A model generated the notes under the pieces. It made no database searches, was not told where the DNA came from, and was given only the letters and a program-made list of their open reading frames with translations. Shown here one piece after another: positions 57,702 to 64,000 of a DNA stretch of 64,000 nt (the first letter of the stretch is position 1; every line of letters begins with the position of its first letter). Origin of the DNA: Candidatus Helarchaeota archaeon (GTDB lineage Archaea; Asgardarchaeota; Lokiarchaeia; Helarchaeales; RDOG01). The translations under genes were made by a program, and so were the position numbers. Location of the stretch: the NCBI GenBank assembly GCA_029838215.1, contig JALGVI010000012.1, positions 1 through 64,000 of the forward strand, in the 5' to 3' direction.

Positions 57702-58202
57702 GTGAGTACAAAAAAACCGAAAAAGGCAAAAAAAGCAAAAAAAGCGGAGGAAAAGCCAAAAGTCAAGGAAGAAACACCCGAAGCCATCGAGGATGATGAG
57801 GATGAACTCATTACTGATGAGTCTCTTGAAGAATTGCCTGAAGATGAATCTCTCGAAGATTTAATTCAGCTCGAAGAGAAAAAGGGTGAAGAGCCTGAGC
57901 TTGAAGAATTATTAAAAAAGAAGGCTGAAAGGCGGGAAGCGGAACCAATCATTGAAGAACGGCTTTATACGGTTCCACTGGGTCGAACACGGAATGTGCC
58001 TCATTATAAACGGTCAAAAAAAGCCGTGACCATATTACGAGAATTCCTAATGCGCCATTTAAAACCCGAAGAACTCGTCATCGCACCAGAACTTAACGAA
58101 TACATCTGGTCCAGAGGCGTGAAAAATCCACCACGTAAAGTAAAAATTCGGACCACGAAAACGGCAGAAGGTCTCGTTACGGCATATCTCATTAAAAGTT
58201 GA
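57702..58202 (+). CDS. rpl31e: Ribosomal protein eL31 with long Lys/Glu-rich N-terminal extension
   Basis: ERLYTVPL, R.KKAV..LREFL.RH.K, ELNEYIWSRG.KNPP.K.KIR. GTG at 57702 follows GAGGT. Confidence 0.95.
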   Translation: MSTKKPKKAKKAKKAEEKPKVKEETPEAIEDDEDELITDESLEELPEDESLEDLIQLEEKKGEEPELEELLKKKAERREAEPIIEERLYTVPLGRTRNVPHYKRSKKAVTILREFLMRHLKPEELVIAPELNEYIWSRGVKNPPRKVKIRTTKTAEGLVTAYLIKS

Positions 58203-58257
58203 TTTCATTCTATATTCTAATTTCTATTCTTTCATTCATGTCAAAACGTGAAAAATC

Positions 58258-59010
58258 ATGTTTAGTGCACGTCCTAAAAAAGTTATCACGCTTTTAAAAG
58301 ATCCACTCATTTTATACATTCCGGAAAATACCATGCTTGATAGTAACGTGTACCTAATCGGTCAACAGGGAAATCTCTTGATGATCGATTCTGGTAACGG
58401 ATTGAGTTACAAAAATATTGTCAAGGCCTTGGATAATGCAGGATATCCTGTAAAAGACAATTTAAAAGCAATCTGTCAAACACACCAACACGTAGATCAC
58501 ATATTAGGGCTATATAAGTTTAAGAAAGATTTTCCAGAAATTCAAGTATTTGCATCTGAAACGGAAGCCATGGTGATTGAGAGCGGGAAACGAGATCTCA
58601 TCGTTCCTGATATGGGATTCGGAATGTCAAGCATGATTTTTAACATGATGAAATCCATCGGACTTGAAATTTTTCCCATCAAGGTGGACCAAAAATTCAA
58701 GGATGGAGATATTTTTACGTGGGAACCATTCAAATTTGAAGTTTTAATCACTCCCGGACACACACCCGGTGGTTTATGTCTTTATGATAAGGAACACAAG
58801 GTCTTATTCTCAGGAGATACCGTATTTCCGGGAGGATCAATGGGACGAGTCGATTTCCCTGGTGGAAGTTCAAGACTAATGCGGGATTCATTAAATAGAT
58901 TGGCAAATCTTGACGTGGAGATTCTATGCGCTGGACACATGCCTCCCGTTGAAAAGAACGCACGAGACCAAATTAAAATGTCTGCAGGCATGTCGCAATA
59001 CATGTTATAG
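58258..59010 (+). CDS. Metallo-beta-lactamase-fold hydrolase
   Basis: THQHVDH, TPGHTPG, LFSGD, GRVDFPGG and GH. Confidence 0.95.
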   Translation: MFSARPKKVITLLKDPLILYIPENTMLDSNVYLIGQQGNLLMIDSGNGLSYKNIVKALDNAGYPVKDNLKAICQTHQHVDHILGLYKFKKDFPEIQVFASETEAMVIESGKRDLIVPDMGFGMSSMIFNMMKSIGLEIFPIKVDQKFKDGDIFTWEPFKFEVLITPGHTPGGLCLYDKEHKVLFSGDTVFPGGSMGRVDFPGGSSRLMRDSLNRLANLDVEILCAGHMPPVEKNARDQIKMSAGMSQYML

Positions 59011-59090
59011 AAATGAAAGAAAAAATCGAAGTTATTTTCAAATAAAAAATAGAATTCTTTGACACCATCAAATGGTGTCATGTGGAACGT

Positions 59091-59342
59091 TTATCCGCCT
59101 GCCTGTGTTGCCATTACTGTTATGACATCTTTTTTTGGAAACACGCCAAGACTTGCAAAACGAACGTTATCTGGAAGAACTTTTCCTTTATGAATGAATT
59201 GAATTGTCAAGATCGGATTTAATTTATATGCTTTCCGCACGAGCTTCTTGGCTTCAGCTACATTTTGATTTACGTCAATGTCTACAGTTTTGACGGCTTG
59301 ATCAGGAGGCACTCCTGTGAGCCTAAATCGGTACTCAACCAT
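59091..59342 (-). CDS. Ubiquitin-like (beta-grasp) protein ending in di-glycine
   Basis: 83 aa; ..IQFIHKGKVLPDN..FASLGV..VITVMATQAGG followed directly by the stop codon. Confidence 0.85.
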   Translation of the reverse strand: MVEYRFRLTGVPPDQAVKTVDIDVNQNVAEAKKLVRKAYKLNPILTIQFIHKGKVLPDNVRFASLGVFPKKDVITVMATQAGG

Positions 59343-59714
59343 GATAATCACTTCAGAACATGTTTTTTCTTAAGAAGTCCTATATTATTCTATTCGAAAA
59401 TCCAATTTAAACAATTTGTCAAAAAGTTGTTTATATTCTTTTTTGCGTGTCGAAGTTGTTTTTTAAGGATTGGCAAGCAAGGACAAATTACCATGAATAT
59501 TTTTCATTTAAGACCGAATATCAAGCTTTAACTTGATGATATTTTCATGTATTCTTCAAATGAGCCGACATGTATTTAAAAAAATTCTTAGGATGGTGAA
59601 TTTTAACATGAAATCCCGTGGTTGAAAAAGATCTCACGTTTCTTTGAAGTTTAATTTATATTTGATGATGTCCAATATATTAGTGAATTAACGGCTTTTC
59701 GGAGTCCACCGATC

Positions 59715-60596
59715 ATGTCAGTAACAGTGTTAAATTTTAACCAGATATTGGATGACTGGGACGTGTTTGAGTCCATATTGCTCGAATTAAATGACTTTGA
59801 TTCGGTAATTGAAGTAAAGCAAATCTCTCATCCAGAGGATTTTCTAAGCATCGAGCGAATAAATGATAATGGATACAAGTTGACAACGAGTTTCACGATT
59901 CTGATTCTTAGTGAATACCAGTCTTTGATTCAAAATGCACGGCTGGCACTTTTACATGAATTGGGATTTGTTTTGGATGATGATGTTAAATTTTCTCAGG
60001 AAAGCAAGGCAATTTGGTTGAAATGTCAAAAAATCGTAAAAACACCTGAAGAAGCAATTTCGACCTTGCAGGATTTGGGAAAAAGACTCAGGTCCTTTCG
60101 CGTGATGGTTGAATTCAAGGAAGGTGCCACGTACTTTTACTCTGATGGCATGCTTCGTGAAATGTTTCCGGGTCTGGAGATGGGTAAACATCCACAGAAT
60201 CACTTGGTGAAATCCATCGTGGATACTCTTATCGAATCATATATCAAAGATTTTCGTCAAGGCGTTCCGGAGTTCGATTGTGGAAAGAGAGTAGCAGCAC
60301 GACTTGTTGAGGACTTGGAAAAACACGAAAAGATGAAATCAGCCAAGGAGCGCATCTCTTGGTATCCAGAAAAACTCTACCGCATGTTGCGAGAGGACAA
60401 GAAACTAAAGAAATATGAACGGATCTCAAACGAATTATATGAATTCATTTCCATTGTGCCTTACACGGGTCCTGGAAAGAGAAAAGAGGGTGCAACGTGT
60501 GGCATGGCATATCAAATCAAGAAAGAAAATAAGTACATAATGACAAAATTAAAAGAAAGTGGAATAAACCTCCGGATTATTTTTCCAGGAGGATGA
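59715..60596 (+). CDS. Hypothetical protein
   Basis: 293-aa ORF with GGAG RBS; no recognised motif. Confidence 0.7.
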   Translation: MSVTVLNFNQILDDWDVFESILLELNDFDSVIEVKQISHPEDFLSIERINDNGYKLTTSFTILILSEYQSLIQNARLALLHELGFVLDDDVKFSQESKAIWLKCQKIVKTPEEAISTLQDLGKRLRSFRVMVEFKEGATYFYSDGMLREMFPGLEMGKHPQNHLVKSIVDTLIESYIKDFRQGVPEFDCGKRVAARLVEDLEKHEKMKSAKERISWYPEKLYRMLREDKKLKKYERISNELYEFISIVPYTGPGKRKEGATCGMAYQIKKENKYIMTKLKESGINLRIIFPGG

Positions 60597-60604
60597 AACA
60601 GCTG

Positions 60605-63499
60605 TTACTGAGCTGCTTTCTTTAGACGATCAGTCCAATCTTTTATTTTTTGATGTAATCGGTCGTGATATTGGTCTTCAAGCTGAGAGTCTAAACCCAT
60701 TTTTTTCAAATTTCGAACCCAACTATTCATTTCATAAATGCTAACGTGCCAGCGGAGTCGTGCGCTTATCTCTCGTTTACACTCTTCCAGAGCGTCAATT
60801 ATGTCAATGACATTTCTAGATTCAACAGCTTTCAGTAGAAGATTCATTATATCATCGATGCTGATGGTTTCGCTTTCAGCCTTTTCGGGCTCTACAGTCA
60901 TAGGTTTTTTTACGGCAGGAGTTGGTCGGGGTTCTGGTGGTGGCTCCGTGCTGATGATCACCTTACTACCCTTAAGCCAACAATCTTCAAGAATTGGCAC
61001 GAACATTTTTTGGTGCTCTCCCACCACGCTTGCAATCCCTGCCACGTCTCCTGCTTCAGATACGGCTCCGATTAGGACTTCTTCATTTTCTCTTGCAATT
61101 CCCCAAATGTTTTCATCCCGATAATCTCTTAGTTCTAATCGATCAAGACCCGCAAGTCGTTTTAACAACTCTTTACATTCAGAAGTATTCTCGATGTGCG
61201 TTGCAATGCGAACGGCAATATGCTTTTTAATCTTGAGTAAATTAATGATTGGGAAAAGATCGATATCTCTGAGCTTTGGGGCAATAATTAAAAAGCGTGC
61301 CTTGACTCTGCTTGCCGTTTCATTTATTTGTGCAATGGTTGCCTCGCGTCCCATTACAAACCACACGTCTTGGAACCGGTAAGTCATTAAACTTTTAGCC
61401 TGCTCCCACAATGCCATCATGGTTTCTTGGGAATTGGTAACGCGCTCTTCGACATTATCCAAGAGACTTCGCAGGCTTTCCACCACGCGTTCACCATACA
61501 TCTTTCGCATGTTTTCAATACTTTGTGTCATGGTCTGGCTGGCACTACCCACTTTCGCTTCTACTTTCTCTAGGGTTTCTCGTGCCGTTTCCACGACATC
61601 ACGTTCGAGTTTTTCTCTTAACTGCGTGAAGCTGGTTGTCATGACTTGAGACGCTTCATCAACTTTTGATTCAACGTCAGATAAAATCTTGACCACTGCC
61701 GTCACAATGTCCTTGTTTAGCCAAGCTCCCAGTTCTTTGAATTCATCTTCAATTATTTTAGTTCCTTTTCCTGCACTCTTTTCGACTTCATCAAGAATCT
61801 TTTTCATTTCTTCGATAATCGAGCTTGAGAACCAAACTTTCAGATTATCCAAACCTTTTTCAAAGGATTCTGCAGATTTTCGTGCACCACCTTCGACTTG
61901 TTCGAGTGCTTGCGTGAATTGGTTGATCACTTCAGCTTGGAACCATTCATGGAGTTTCTTGATTCCTGTTTCAATGTTCTCATTAGCCTTTTTTGCACCC
62001 TGGTCAATGACATCTAGAGCCTTCGTGAGGTTTTGCACGACTTCTTCTTGAACCCAAGTGCCCATTTGTTTGACACCTTTTTGTACGGCTTTTGATGCAT
62101 GTTCGGCACTAACTTCGACTTCAATTAGCGTGTTCTTGAACCCTTGCAAGACTTCTTCTTCTAACCATTGTTTCACGCGTTGAAATTCTTGTGTCACGCT
62201 CGTGCTTGCATTTGTAACCTGATTCAATACAGTATCAAGAAGACTTTCTGCAGCAGATAATACGATTCCTTCAAATGAAACGCGAAGTTTTTCCAGCTCT
62301 TCCATGACGGCTTCATTTATGAATGAATTAATAAATTCACCAAAAATATCACCCATTATTGCCATCCATTCGCCAGATTGAGCATTTGCCGTGGAATATA
62401 TTTTTTCCTTTAATCCCTGGATTTCATCTTTAAACTTATCAAATTGCGTTCCTAAACGTTCGGGTAATTCCTTTTTCATCTTCACGAGAAAATTTCGAAA
62501 TGTTGAGAGTTCACTTACTTTATTAATTTGGTCCTTAAACCCTTCAAATTCCTTCATTAGCCGGTTTGGGACATCGAATTGCAAGCCCGAACAGAATTTT
62601 AATAAGTCATCGACACCGCTCACTTTCATGATGGAATCTTCTATGTTCTTGAATTGAGCTTCAATCTGAGAAGGGATTTGTTCTTTAATTGATCCCGTGA
62701 ATTTACTCAATTCATCGATTCCTGAAATGCCGCGAAACTCATTTTCTATTCCCTTTAATCGATCCATTAAAGCCCTCGGTATCTCTTCCTTCGCCTTCTG
62801 GGTGAAAGATAACAAGTCTTCAATTCCGCTTACTTGTTTTGTTTGCGTTTCTATCCCTTGAAACTCGTTTGCAAGACGCACCGGGACTTCTTCTTTTAAT
62901 GATCGTGCGTATTGCTTGAATTCATTCAAGCCAGATATTGAAAGGATCTCATCTTCAATGATTTTAAAACGTTCATTCAGGCGTTGTGGGATTGTTTCTT
63001 TTTGTTGAGAAATAAATGCTCCAAAATCTGTTAAAGCAGAAAACTTCTCGAATTCTTCTTCAAATGCCTTGAACTGATTTATGAGAGCATTCGGAACTTC
63101 ATCTCGAATCAACTTAACATATTTGAGAAAATCGTCCAATCCCGTGAGTTCCCCAACTTGATCCACGAAATCGTTGAATTGAGAATTCAACTGGGGAGGA
63201 ACCTCTGCCTTCAGGTCTTGAATCATGGTATTGAATTCATCTAACTGTTTCAACAATGCTGAATAAGGAGGAATTGCTTGATATCGCGCTTGAAGGCCAG
63301 GAATGGTTTTAATTAATCCCAACGTTACTAGCTTTTTGACAATAACCTCTGCGTCATCTTCAGGAACCTGCGCGTGTATGGCCACTTCTCCAACAGAAAA
63401 AGGTCCGCGTCCCGTCACGCTCATGTATGCTTTTGCTTCTATGTCAGATAAACCCAATTCTAAAAGAGCTTTTGAACTGACATCTTTTTTTTCAGTCAT
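60605..63499 (-). CDS. TrmB-like wHTH protein with giant helical repeat insert and TrmB-type C-terminal domain
   Basis: LLELGLSDIEAKAY..G..SVGEV..IVKKLVTLGLI..ARYQAIPP (TrmB N-domain); 8x35-aa and 8x37-aa repeats; then VWFVMGREAT..INE..IIAP. Confidence 0.82.
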   Translation of the reverse strand: MTEKKDVSSKALLELGLSDIEAKAYMSVTGRGPFSVGEVAIHAQVPEDDAEVIVKKLVTLGLIKTIPGLQARYQAIPPYSALLKQLDEFNTMIQDLKAEVPPQLNSQFNDFVDQVGELTGLDDFLKYVKLIRDEVPNALINQFKAFEEEFEKFSALTDFGAFISQQKETIPQRLNERFKIIEDEILSISGLNEFKQYARSLKEEVPVRLANEFQGIETQTKQVSGIEDLLSFTQKAKEEIPRALMDRLKGIENEFRGISGIDELSKFTGSIKEQIPSQIEAQFKNIEDSIMKVSGVDDLLKFCSGLQFDVPNRLMKEFEGFKDQINKVSELSTFRNFLVKMKKELPERLGTQFDKFKDEIQGLKEKIYSTANAQSGEWMAIMGDIFGEFINSFINEAVMEELEKLRVSFEGIVLSAAESLLDTVLNQVTNASTSVTQEFQRVKQWLEEEVLQGFKNTLIEVEVSAEHASKAVQKGVKQMGTWVQEEVVQNLTKALDVIDQGAKKANENIETGIKKLHEWFQAEVINQFTQALEQVEGGARKSAESFEKGLDNLKVWFSSSIIEEMKKILDEVEKSAGKGTKIIEDEFKELGAWLNKDIVTAVVKILSDVESKVDEASQVMTTSFTQLREKLERDVVETARETLEKVEAKVGSASQTMTQSIENMRKMYGERVVESLRSLLDNVEERVTNSQETMMALWEQAKSLMTYRFQDVWFVMGREATIAQINETASRVKARFLIIAPKLRDIDLFPIINLLKIKKHIAVRIATHIENTSECKELLKRLAGLDRLELRDYRDENIWGIARENEEVLIGAVSEAGDVAGIASVVGEHQKMFVPILEDCWLKGSKVIISTEPPPEPRPTPAVKKPMTVEPEKAESETISIDDIMNLLLKAVESRNVIDIIDALEECKREISARLRWHVSIYEMNSWVRNLKKMGLDSQLEDQYHDRLHQKIKDWTDRLKKAAQ

Positions 63500-63703
63500 A
63501 TTCTTTCACATCCGCCTTCTTTTCCATTTCCTTTCTAACATGGGTGAAAAATTCCATTCTCAAGTCTAAATAAAAGATCATTCAGTAATTCAATTCGAAA
63601 TTCTACTTTGATTCAAGAAGTTTTTATTTTTTTCCCTCAGAATTTTTTAATTTTTAATCAAACTTGACCTAAAATGAAAAATTCACCAACTCTCGTGAAA
63701 TAA

Positions 63704-63889
63704 TCATTGATTATTATCCTTAAGTCCCATCATTCGTCGTTTTATCCTTCTCCGGTAAATTCCATATTTATCTTCCAAGGAAAATTTAATAGGTCGAGGA
63801 TTGGCGGTCGGTGCACCACAGAATGGACAGATTTTCTTTCTCATCGTATATTGATTGCATTTCGTGCATTTCTGAAGGATCTTTCCCAC
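63704..63889 (-). CDS. nop10: H/ACA RNP protein Nop10
   Basis: KC.KC.QYT..CP.CG..T..P.P.KFS.EDKYG.YRR. Confidence 0.95.
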   Translation of the reverse strand: MGKILQKCTKCNQYTMRKKICPFCGAPTANPRPIKFSLEDKYGIYRRRIKRRMMGLKDNNQ

Positions 63890-64000
63890 TTGAAATTCAC
63901 CAGACCGGAATAATGAATATTTTTAGATATTCCTAAAACTAAATAAATAATATTATCACCGAAATTAAAATTTTAAATAGGATCATTTGGTAAATCGTTA

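Noticed and set aside
1-64000. CRISPR array, IS/transposase, integrase/prophage, rRNA, or selenoprotein (in-frame TGA)
   Set aside because: By eye I found no regularly spaced repeats, transposase or recombinase motifs, rRNA-like sequence, or TGA-split ORF pairs. A short or degenerate element could have been missed.

Overview
This is a gene-dense, AT-rich archaeal chromosomal window. Archaeal evidence includes eS19, PDCD5, eL39, eL31, Nop10, Csl4, Pelota, a PAC2 chaperone and a tRNA with bulge-helix-bulge (BHB) introns. A GG-terminated ubiquitin-like protein and longin-like domains suggest an Asgard archaeon, probably Lokiarchaeia-like (inference). I found no CRISPR array, rRNA, transposase or integrase. 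All domain calls come from motif recognition by eye, not database searches. Most notable observations: (1) a circularly permuted 2-oxoacid:ferredoxin oxidoreductase beta subunit, broken inside its ThDP-binding motif; (2) a protein of at least 863 aa with three tandem PlsC-like acyltransferase domains, absent from the ORF track, preceded by three copies of a palindrome; (3) a tRNA-Pro(CGG) with three BHB introns; (4) a 1688-aa single-pass surface protein with a cytoplasmic longin-like module; (5) a co-oriented lipid/isoprenoid cluster (crotonase, CrtI-like oxidoreductase, CoA-transferase-fold pair lacking the catalytic Glu, two CruF-like + small-membrane-protein modules); (6) a ubiquitin/SUMO-like protein; (7) a TrmB-like protein with 8x35-aa and 8x37-aa helical repeat arrays; (8) a cytoplasmic GIFT/IFT52-like protein inserted between eL39 and eL31; (9) a helicase-less Lhr C-terminal-domain protein.
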